Origin: a virus
Taxonomy: Duplodnaviria; Caudoviricetes
IMG/VR virus record: IMGVR_UViG_3300025502_000135
Location: 1 to 25,577 of that record
Direction: 5' to 3' (one strand)
DNA: 25,577 bases
Position numbers and translations under genes: made by a program. This document shows, piece after piece, positions 8,500-16,044 of the stretch; the first letter of the stretch is position 1, and the number at the start of each line of letters is the position of its first letter. Under the pieces are notes generated by a model, which saw only the letters and a list, made by a program, of their open reading frames with translations, made no database searches and was not told where the DNA came from.

Positions 8500-8847
8500 G
8501 TGGACGCGGCACAGCTAATAAATGAGGTTGGCTTTCCTATCGCGGCCTCTCTTGGCTTGGGTCTTTTCATTTGGAAGTTAATCAACAGAATAATTGACGG
8601 GCTAGAAGCTAAGGTGGATGCCTTGGACGATAAACTAATTGCTCAAATAACTCACTTGGAAGAAAGGCTTGGCGGCAAGCTAGATGGTCAACATGGCATT
8701 CTAATTGCGCTTATTGACAGGGTTAGGTCAGTGGATAACGAGATTATCAGGCAGGACACTCTACTCAAAACCATCTTAGGCGTACCTCAGCTATTAAATA
8801 CCGATAGGCTTGCAAAGGCAGACAGAGATGATCAGAGAAAGGATTGA
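8500..8847 (+). CDS. Membrane protein, N-terminal TM (VGFPIA) plus coiled coil; holin-like
   Basis: GFPIAASLGLGLFIWKL TM segment, heptad region, LIDRVRSVDNEIIR, C-terminal DQRKD. Confidence 0.8.
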   Translation: MDAAQLINEVGFPIAASLGLGLFIWKLINRIIDGLEAKVDALDDKLIAQITHLEERLGGKLDGQHGILIALIDRVRSVDNEIIRQDTLLKTILGVPQLLNTDRLAKADRDDQRKD

Positions 8848-9280
8848 ATTCTTAGGGCTCGGTTTACTCTGTATTGCTATGTCGGTGAATGCTGATCAAA
8901 TTACGCACAAATTCAAATCACCCAGCTTTAATGGCATCAATACATCAAGCCACTACCTGACAATAGAAAACCAAGAGTTTAATCGCAAGGCTGATATAGC
9001 GGCTGAAATTAAGGCGTACCAAGAAGAACTAGAGCGAGATGCGGACAACACCACTCTGGCACGTTTCATACGCAACCTAGAGTCACGCATCTATGCTGAG
9101 TTAAGCAGGCAGTTGGTCAGCAACCTGTTTGGCGAGAACATGAGCGATTCAGGCATTTTGGAACTTGAAGGGAATACGATACAATATTTCGTAGATGGCG
9201 ACTTTATAACCTTAATTATCACGGATGCCGATGGAAATACGACTACTATCACTTTGCCTATTGGCTCTTTTGGCTTCTAG
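8828..9280 (+). CDS. csgF: Curli assembly/transport component CsgF
   Basis: Signal peptide (..LLCIAMSVNA) then HKFKSPSFNG, matching the CsgF N-terminal FxNPxFGG peptide that binds CsgG; FIRNLESRIYAELSRQL helix; adjacent to csgG; ATG 8828 preferred to TTG 8810. Confidence 0.88.
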   Translation: MIRERIEFLGLGLLCIAMSVNADQITHKFKSPSFNGINTSSHYLTIENQEFNRKADIAAEIKAYQEELERDADNTTLARFIRNLESRIYAELSRQLVSNLFGENMSDSGILELEGNTIQYFVDGDFITLIITDADGNTTTITLPIGSFGF

Positions 9281-10052
9281 CTGTTCAGTATTTGACCAGT
9301 TTGAGGATACGTTTAGCCGAAGGTTTGATGCCAATGACGTTGTTAAGATAGGAAATCTAGAGTCTAGCGCCCTAATTAACGCCCCAGTACCAAAGGTTCA
9401 ACCCATAGTGGCCGTCTACCCATCAGCATTCACAGATCAGACAGGCCAGCGAAAAAGTAATAGCTCCTTTGCACTATTCTCAACCGCCGTTACACAGCAA
9501 CCTAGCGCCCTCCTCATACGAGCATTGAAACACGCATCTAATGGAAAATTCTTCCGTGTGGTTGAAAGAGTGGGGTTGGATAACCTAACTAAAGAAAGAC
9601 AGCTTATCAGATCAGCTAGAGAGCAGATGCCAGCCGACGGTGATCGGAGTGGTGTGCCGCCCCTGCTATTTGCAGGTGTTTTGCTAGAGGGGGCTGTCAT
9701 AGCGTATGATACAAACTTATCCACTGGAGGAAGCGGTGCCAGGTACTTAGGCATTGGCAAATCCGCGCAGTACAGGGAGGATAACGTAACGGTGTCATTG
9801 AGAATGGTATCCGTTGCAACAGGTGAAATACTTATAGAGGTAATGAGCCAAAAGACCGTCTTTAGTTATGCACAAAGCGATGATGTATTTAAGTTTATAG
9901 AGATGGGGACAGAGCTTATTGAGATAGAGTTAGGTAACTCGCGCAATGAGTCCACTACGATAGCTCTAATGAAAGCGATAGAAGGTGCGGTATTAGAGCT
10001 TATTTATATCGGCTACGACAGGAGATTTTGGGCTTATGAAAAAGATGATTAA
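9225..10052 (+). CDS. csgG: Curli production assembly/transport lipoprotein CsgG (outer-membrane secretion pore)
   Basis: Lipobox-like LLASSC; VAVY..FTDQTGQRK, FSTAVTQ, FRVVERVGLDNLTKERQLIR, EGAVIAYDTN, GGSGARYLGIG, YREDNVTVSLRMVSVATGEIL; start 9225 or 9231. Confidence 0.96.
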   Translation: MPMEIRLLSLCLLALLASSCSVFDQFEDTFSRRFDANDVVKIGNLESSALINAPVPKVQPIVAVYPSAFTDQTGQRKSNSSFALFSTAVTQQPSALLIRALKHASNGKFFRVVERVGLDNLTKERQLIRSAREQMPADGDRSGVPPLLFAGVLLEGAVIAYDTNLSTGGSGARYLGIGKSAQYREDNVTVSLRMVSVATGEILIEVMSQKTVFSYAQSDDVFKFIEMGTELIEIELGNSRNESTTIALMKAIEGAVLELIYIGYDRRFWAYEKDD

Positions 10053-10764
10053 TTACCTAACCATTATGATGATTTTATGCAGTGCCTCGGCATTCAGTGC
10101 AGACAATGAAATATACATTGACCAATCTGGCGCTACGGCAAATATAGATATAGAGCAATTAGGTATATCTAACTTGATAGGCGGTCTTGATTCGGTTGCA
10201 GGTACGCTAACCCCGCTTGACCTTGATGGCGATACGCTGGTGCTGGACATCAATATGATCGGTAGCACTAATAAGTTTTTCGGTGATATTTATGCCAACA
10301 GCTTCACTGGTGACTACAATTTCACTGGGTCAACGAACACGTTTACCATTCAAGTAGACCCGACCAACACCTATGGAGCAGACTCCACTGACCAGCAGGT
10401 AGATGTTACTGGGGCGGGAAACACGATAACGCTTAATCAAGGCACCACTGCTCTAGCGGCAACACTGGACTTGGATTGGATAATTCAGGGCTCAAATAAC
10501 ACTATCACATCTAACATTAACATTGATGGTGCGACCAACTACATGAACATAGATGGCTCGGACAACACAATTGATTATGAAGGTACAGGAACCAATGACT
10601 CAGCAGGGGGCTATTTTTACCTAGAGCAAACAGGCGGCAGTCGGACGTTCAACATTCAACAACTGAGTACCTTAGATAATGATTGGCTTAAAATTGTTAA
10701 TGTTGGCTCTGGTGGTACTATTTGCATCGTTCAAAACGACCAAGGCTCTACCACAGGATGTTGA
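10036..10764 (+). CDS. Secreted curlin-like (CsgA/CsgB-like) beta-solenoid repeat protein
   Basis: Signal peptide (..SASAFSA); ~11/22-aa repeats NEIYIDQSG, NIDIEQLG, GSTN, GAGN, QGSNN, GSDN; N/D/T/G/Q/I rich; directly downstream of csgG. Confidence 0.75.
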   Translation: MKKMINYLTIMMILCSASAFSADNEIYIDQSGATANIDIEQLGISNLIGGLDSVAGTLTPLDLDGDTLVLDINMIGSTNKFFGDIYANSFTGDYNFTGSTNTFTIQVDPTNTYGADSTDQQVDVTGAGNTITLNQGTTALAATLDLDWIIQGSNNTITSNINIDGATNYMNIDGSDNTIDYEGTGTNDSAGGYFYLEQTGGSRTFNIQQLSTLDNDWLKIVNVGSGGTICIVQNDQGSTTGC

Positions 10765-11788
10765 TATTGGTGGGGTGTCGGAAGTATCTGGCTATGCTCA
10801 GATTAAAAGGGGAGCCTCAGATAACGATGCCAATTTAGATTTTTCAATACAATCTAACGATGAGGCCATTACTGCCAATGGTAGGATGGCCATAACCTTT
10901 CTTGACGATTCTGAGGTTAAGTTGACAGAACATTCCCAACTAACCATAGACGAATACATATACGACCCAGACCCTTCAAAATCCAAGATGGCCCTTACCT
11001 TTGGGCTGGGGACTGCTCGGTTCATTAGCGGCAAACTCAACAAAATAGACAAGCGCAACATATCCCTTAAAACCCCGACAGCCGATATAGCTATTCGCGG
11101 CACTGATTTCACCGCTACCGTAGACGAGCTGGGGCGCAGTCTAATTATCCTACTTCCCGACAAATATGGCATTTCTAGTGGCGAGATTGAGGTTATTACG
11201 GCGGCGGGTACGGTTTTACTTAGCAAGCCTTATGAGGCCACCACAGTATCGGTTTATGAGTCTAGCCCATCCAAGCCTGTTATCTTAGACCTCTCACTGG
11301 AGTTTATTGACAACATGCTCATCGTGACACCCCCAAAAGAAGAGGTTGTTGTAAGGGAGGAACAGGTCGCAAGTAAAGCTAGCATCCTTGACTTTAATGG
11401 CCTTGATATAGACTACTTAAAGGAAGATTTCTTATCGGATGAAAACCCAGAATTTACTGAGCTAGATATAAACTATCTGGATGTAAACTACCTTGAGGAC
11501 TTGCTCAATATATTGGATTCCCTAGGAGTGGAGGAGGAAGATGATAAACTGGCTCAGGTTTCAGGGGTAACGGTAACGGGGACTAGCTTAGGGCTAGACG
11601 CAGAGACTCAAATAAAAACCCTCATTACAGGCCAAACAATCAGCTTAATGCGAAGTGTTAGCGAACACGCCAGAATAGACCTTAATATTGCGGGCGGGTA
11701 CACGGTAATACTCATACAGGACGGCATATCTAACATCATTAAAATTAACGGTGGTGACTCAACCATCCGCATATTACAGGGGGGTTAA
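10679..11788 (+). CDS. Exported FecR-domain protein with acidic linker and beta-rich C-terminal domain
   Basis: Signal peptide; D...T.NGRM.I.FLDDS.VKL.E.S.L.ID, G.ARFISG, KTPTA.IAIRGTDF (FecR-domain signature). Confidence 0.9.
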   Translation: MIGLKLLMLALVVLFASFKTTKALPQDVDIGGVSEVSGYAQIKRGASDNDANLDFSIQSNDEAITANGRMAITFLDDSEVKLTEHSQLTIDEYIYDPDPSKSKMALTFGLGTARFISGKLNKIDKRNISLKTPTADIAIRGTDFTATVDELGRSLIILLPDKYGISSGEIEVITAAGTVLLSKPYEATTVSVYESSPSKPVILDLSLEFIDNMLIVTPPKEEVVVREEQVASKASILDFNGLDIDYLKEDFLSDENPEFTELDINYLDVNYLEDLLNILDSLGVEEEDDKLAQVSGVTVTGTSLGLDAETQIKTLITGQTISLMRSVSEHARIDLNIAGGYTVILIQDGISNIIKINGGDSTIRILQGG

Positions 11789-13578
11789 TGAAAAAAATCA
11801 TCATAACCATCATAGCGGGGGTGTTATTTTCCGCGCTCGTCTATCAGCCGACCATTGTAGAGATTATAAAACTGCGAACCTTTGACTATTTTGTTCAAAC
11901 TGAGGAACCTACAGGGGCTATCGTACTGCTCAACCTCACTGAGTCAGACATTCACAATGAAGGTGGATGGCCATTCCCTAGGGAGCGGCTGGCTGAAATT
12001 CATATTGATCTATTGAACGCGGGCGCAATATCGGTGTCGTGGGTGGCAGTGTTTAGCGAGCCCGATAGGTTCGGGGGCGATGCCTATTTTGCTCAGGCAC
12101 TCTCTTATACCCCCAGCGTAATCGCTATGTTTGAAACTGAGGGCTTCAAGGAAATGCCCAAAACTGAGGGAACAGTAATCCTAGGCGATGATATTGGAGG
12201 CATAAAGGCTCAAGGGGTGACACAAAATATACAGGTTTTACGAGATGTTGCGCTTCAGGGAATAGTGTCTGCGCCTGTAGATGTAGATAATTTAGTGAGA
12301 AGAATGCCTCTATTAATGCGTAGTCCCGATGGGTGGATGGCTAGTTTTGGGACTCAATTACTAAAAGCGGTCACAGGAACAAGCACCTACGTCATTAAAA
12401 CTAACGCTAACGGCATTCAAGAGGTAAGGGTTAAACAGCTAAACCCTATTCCAACAGACAGTGAGGGTCGCGTATGGGTTAACTGGGTGGCTACGGACTC
12501 AACCTCATTGAAGGATATGGATGTAGCGGGGAAGGTGGTTGTCGTAGGCACTACTGCAAAGGGCATCTTGCCTCAGGTGGCTACCCCAAAAGGGCTTTTA
12601 TACCCCCATCAAATACAAGCATCGCTAGCGGAGACTATAATTCACGCCTCAGAAAAGCCTATGCCAATGATACCCAGCGAAGCACTGCTCTATGAGATGT
12701 TAAATTTCATCTTCGGGGTGCTACTGGTTTTTATATTTATAAACTATCTAGGGGTGTATCTAGGCTTGGCCCTATCTACGGCTTCAATTGTAGGGGTGGG
12801 AGCGTTTGGCTTGATGCTAATCAGCAAGGGGATGCTGGTAGATGTGACATGGACGATGATTTCCCAGTTTGTTGTGGCATCGGCTACGTTTTACCTGAAC
12901 TACAAAGAGCAATACAAGCTCAGGCAGTTAATCAAAAAGCAATTTGAGCATTATTTAGACCCAAGACAGGTAAAGCGACTGCAAGAAAACCCCGACTTGC
13001 TCAAGTTAGGCGGCGAAAAGCGTTACTGCACGTTTCTATTTACTGATGTTCGCGGGTTCACTGCCTTATCCGAGAGGGTAACGCCAGAGGAGGTCGCTTA
13101 TATTATGAATAAAGCCCTTACAGCCCAGCAAACCGCAGTCGCAGAATGTCATGGCATGGTAGACAAGTACATCGGGGACGCAATGATGGCTATATTTGGA
13201 GCGCCTATGGACCTAGAAAACCACGAGGATTGGGCTATCAAGTGCGCGAAGCAAATAGGCAGGAATATGGATGAATTGAATTTAGAGTTTGAGGCCAAGG
13301 GATTGCCGCCTATTAAGATAGGCATCGGGATAAACAGCGGTGACGCTATTATTGGGAACATGGGCTCAGATCAACGCTTTGACTATACGGCCATTGGTGA
13401 CGCGGTTAATATAGCGGCTAGGCTTGAGTCTGGGACTAAAGATGCAGGGGTGGATATATTGATTGGAGAGGGGACTGCCCATAACGCAAATTGTAGGTTA
13501 CAATCCGTTCAGGCTATCACGGCTAAAGGGAAAACTAACAAACTAAAGGTTTTTACCATTGAAAAACATAGAACTTAG
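11788..13578 (+). CDS. CHASE2-domain membrane-bound class III adenylate (guanylate) cyclase
   Basis: N-terminal TM, CHASE2 (GGWPFPRERLA..L..AGA..FSEPDR..GD..FA.AL, DVDNLVRR.PL), 3 TMs, catalytic domain FTDVRGFT, DKYIGDAMMA, IGIGINSG, DYTAIGDAVNIAARLES. Confidence 0.96.
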   Translation: MKKIIITIIAGVLFSALVYQPTIVEIIKLRTFDYFVQTEEPTGAIVLLNLTESDIHNEGGWPFPRERLAEIHIDLLNAGAISVSWVAVFSEPDRFGGDAYFAQALSYTPSVIAMFETEGFKEMPKTEGTVILGDDIGGIKAQGVTQNIQVLRDVALQGIVSAPVDVDNLVRRMPLLMRSPDGWMASFGTQLLKAVTGTSTYVIKTNANGIQEVRVKQLNPIPTDSEGRVWVNWVATDSTSLKDMDVAGKVVVVGTTAKGILPQVATPKGLLYPHQIQASLAETIIHASEKPMPMIPSEALLYEMLNFIFGVLLVFIFINYLGVYLGLALSTASIVGVGAFGLMLISKGMLVDVTWTMISQFVVASATFYLNYKEQYKLRQLIKKQFEHYLDPRQVKRLQENPDLLKLGGEKRYCTFLFTDVRGFTALSERVTPEEVAYIMNKALTAQQTAVAECHGMVDKYIGDAMMAIFGAPMDLENHEDWAIKCAKQIGRNMDELNLEFEAKGLPPIKIGIGINSGDAIIGNMGSDQRFDYTAIGDAVNIAARLESGTKDAGVDILIGEGTAHNANCRLQSVQAITAKGKTNKLKVFTIEKHRT

Positions 13579-13735
13579 CAAGATAGAGGCACACGAAGCG
13601 TTGTGCTTGCTACGGTATGAGAGCATTGAAAGACGACTTAAATCAGGCGATAGGCGTTTTGACAAACTAGAATCTATGTTATGGGCGGTTTATCCGTTCA
13701 TGCTGGCGTGTCTTGCCGTTGCGAAGTTTGCTTGA
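13559..13735 (+). CDS. 58-aa coiled-coil plus C-terminal TM protein (XhlA/holin-like; not in ORF track)
   Basis: TTG start; MKNIELSKIEAHEALCLLRYESIERRLKSGDRRFDKLESMLWAVYPFMLACLAVAKFA*; HE..C..RY..I..RL pattern; fills the gap after the cyclase. Confidence 0.7.
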   Translation: MKNIELSKIEAHEALCLLRYESIERRLKSGDRRFDKLESMLWAVYPFMLACLAVAKFA

Positions 13736-13741
13736 TACTAT
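13713..13741 (+). promoter_or_regulatory. sigma70-like promoter upstream of the neck/tail genes
   Basis: TTGCCG-17 nt-TACTAT with extended -10 TG; 46 nt before ATG 13788. Confidence 0.5.
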
Positions 13742-13787
13742 ATAAACCCACTACCCCAGCAGGGGACTAATTACAGCAGAGGCTATT

Positions 13788-14150
13788 ATGAGTGAAGTTC
13801 TACGCAAGAAAGCACCAAAGGCAACTAAGACGGCTAAAGCACCCTCGGTTGAGGTGCCTAAAGTAGACCCTGATGCACAGGTGTTTACCTATGCTGATTT
13901 TGATCAAGGGGTGCAAAAGCAGTGGCCTGTAGAGGCAATCGGCGGAGAGTGTGTGTTATTTATTCAGCACGTTCAGGCATTGCAAGACGAGTTAAATAAA
14001 TTTCAATCAGAGATGAATCAATTGCAACTTAAAATGAATGATAAAAATTCAGCGCTTAAGGATAACAGGGAGCGAATCAGAGGGCTTTTGCCTGGTGATA
14101 ATCTCGCTGTAGTCACCGCGCTTGAAAGACGAGAAGAAACTTCTCACTAA
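13788..14150 (+). CDS. Hypothetical coiled-coil protein (120 aa)
   Basis: GAGG RBS; basic N-terminus, heptad-rich LQDELNKFQSEMNQLQLKM. Confidence 0.8.
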   Translation: MSEVLRKKAPKATKTAKAPSVEVPKVDPDAQVFTYADFDQGVQKQWPVEAIGGECVLFIQHVQALQDELNKFQSEMNQLQLKMNDKNSALKDNRERIRGLLPGDNLAVVTALERREETSH

Positions 14151-14161
14151 GAGGGCCTATT

Positions 14162-14824
14162 ATGGCTGGCATTACAGTAGAGACACAACCCGCCACCGAG
14201 CCCTTAACTGAGGCTGAGATAAGGGCTTATATTAGGGCTGAGGATGTAGCAGACCAAGCTATTATCCTAATGATGGGAAAGGCCGCTCGCAAATTCTGTG
14301 AGGAATTTACTAACAGGGGGCTTATCACCCAAACCCTAAATTTATTCCTAGACGCAAATCGTGATGTTGACTCTCCTTTATGGGAGGGTATGAGAACAGG
14401 TCCCTTTTTAAATTACTACAAAAACTACATCACTCTACCGGGTGGCCCCGTTCGGTCTGTGGCTAGCGTGGAAACTTTTGATGATGCAGATGTGGCGACC
14501 ACTATGGATGCCGCAAAGTATTACGTTGACACAGCTAGGGTGCCATCCAGAATAACACTGAGAATTGGCGAGACATTCCCGACAGGGATGCGGGTGGCAA
14601 ACTCAATTAAAGTGGTCTATGACGTAGGTTATGACGATGCGAGTGCGGTTCCTGAGCCTTTGCGACTGGGCATGTTGATGCATATTGCTTATATGTATGA
14701 CCAACGTGGCGACATGAAAGATTACCAGCAGACCCTAGCATTACCACCGATGATTCAAAAGCTCTACGCTCCATACGTTATTTATGGGGGCATGGGTAGC
14801 TCTGTATTAATGGCGACAGGGTAA
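14162..14824 (+). CDS. Head-tail connector (HK97 gp6 / phiE125 gp8-like adaptor)
   Basis: PATEPLT.AE.RAY.R, CEEFTNR.LITQT, V.YDVGY...AVPEPLR.GML..IA.MY.QRG. Confidence 0.92.
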   Translation: MAGITVETQPATEPLTEAEIRAYIRAEDVADQAIILMMGKAARKFCEEFTNRGLITQTLNLFLDANRDVDSPLWEGMRTGPFLNYYKNYITLPGGPVRSVASVETFDDADVATTMDAAKYYVDTARVPSRITLRIGETFPTGMRVANSIKVVYDVGYDDASAVPEPLRLGMLMHIAYMYDQRGDMKDYQQTLALPPMIQKLYAPYVIYGGMGSSVLMATG

Positions 14825-15162
14825 TGTCAAACTCTGGCGCATCTACAGGTGCAATGCGAAAAGCCATCGTGATACAGGTTGTTGCTAGTACAACTGACAG
14901 CGGTGGTGGACGGGCAGTGGTTTGGTCCACGTTTAAGACTGTTTTTGCGCACGTACAGCAACTTTCAGCGACAAACAAGTATACGCAAGGGGTTATTGAC
15001 GAGAAAGGCGCATACGCCTTTACACTGCGTTATACGACTGGCATCACATCCGCCCACAGAATCAGCTACGATTCAAAGCTATTTAATATCACATCCATTG
15101 TCAATATTGATGAGAGACGAAAATATTTAATCATTAAGGGCATGGAGGGGGTTGCCGTATGA
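14824..15162 (+). CDS. Phage head closure / head-tail adaptor (SPP1 gp16-like)
   Basis: GAMR..I.IQ....DSGGG....W......A.V, FTLRY..GIT...RI.Y....FNI.SI.N.DER. Confidence 0.92.
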   Translation: MSNSGASTGAMRKAIVIQVVASTTDSGGGRAVVWSTFKTVFAHVQQLSATNKYTQGVIDEKGAYAFTLRYTTGITSAHRISYDSKLFNITSIVNIDERRKYLIIKGMEGVAV

Positions 15163-15614
15163 GTTTTGAGATCGTTAATGAAAAGGCATTTATAGAAAAG
15201 TTAACTAAGCGGTTGGTCGGTGCTGCAAGAGCTCACACTAAAAGGGCTGTGTTTCTTTCAGCCAACGAAGTGAGGAATGAGGCTATAAATTCTATAGCCA
15301 GGGGCAAGAAAAGTGGCGAAACAGTTAAGAAATATTACCCCAGCCGAACGCACACCCAATCCGCTAAGGGGCAAGCCCCAGCAACTGACACTGGATTTCT
15401 TATATCTCAGGTTAGTGCATCCGTCCGCGTCGAGGCGAATGCTGTGATAGGGGAGATTGTATCAGCGGCTCCTTATTCTAAATTTCTTGAGTACGGCACT
15501 GTCAATATGGCTAAACGCCCATTTATGTCGCCAGCCCTAAGAAGGAGCAGAAAGAAAATTAAAAAAATATTCATCCGTGAAGGGTTGATAGGCCTGAAGG
15601 GGGCTAAGAAATGA
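15159..15614 (+). CDS. HK97 gp10-family tail completion protein
   Basis: APATDTGFL, PYSKFLEYGT.NMAKRPFM.PAL. Confidence 0.92.
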   Translation: MSFEIVNEKAFIEKLTKRLVGAARAHTKRAVFLSANEVRNEAINSIARGKKSGETVKKYYPSRTHTQSAKGQAPATDTGFLISQVSASVRVEANAVIGEIVSAAPYSKFLEYGTVNMAKRPFMSPALRRSRKKIKKIFIREGLIGLKGAKK

Positions 15615-16012
15615 GCATCTTTCAATTTGCATTGCAGACAGCAATTTATACAAAGTTATCCACAGACAATGAGTTGACCGTCACCCTGGGGGCTAAAGTC
15701 TTTGACGATATACCCGAAGAGACGGCTTATCCTTACGTTCAAATAGGTGAGGATGTGGCGGGTGATTGGAGTACCAAAGACGCAACTGGCTCAGAGATCA
15801 CGGTTCATTTGGATGTTTGGAGCCGATATAGAGGCAGTTTGGAGCTTAAAAATATAATGGACAGGATACATACTCTGTTGCATGATAGCAGTCTGTCCGT
15901 CACTGGAACCAACTTTATCAATATGCGGTTTGAGTTCAGTGATACAATCAGAGACCCAGATGGGATTACTAGGCATGGAGTAATGAGATTTCGTGCAATT
16001 ATGCTAGGTTAA
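15611..16012 (+). CDS. Tail terminator protein (DUF3168 family)
   Basis: LQTAIY.KL, VFDDIP....PYVQIGE....DWS.K, HLDVWSR..G, RDPDGITRHGV.RFRA. Confidence 0.93.
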   Translation: MSIFQFALQTAIYTKLSTDNELTVTLGAKVFDDIPEETAYPYVQIGEDVAGDWSTKDATGSEITVHLDVWSRYRGSLELKNIMDRIHTLLHDSSLSVTGTNFINMRFEFSDTIRDPDGITRHGVMRFRAIMLG

Positions 16013-16044
16013 TGTACTCAACGAAAGTTGATAGGAGAATTTAG

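Noticed and set aside
8828-13578. Bacterial chromosomal curli operon (misassembly or prophage boundary)
   Set aside because: Seamlessly overlapped with phage-type small genes on both sides, same strand, no att/IS/transposase signs, and the structural module continues intact afterwards; read-level confirmation is still advisable
13754-13765. Small hairpin CCCC-agca-GGGG
   Set aside because: Only a 4-bp stem and no U tract; insufficient for a terminator call
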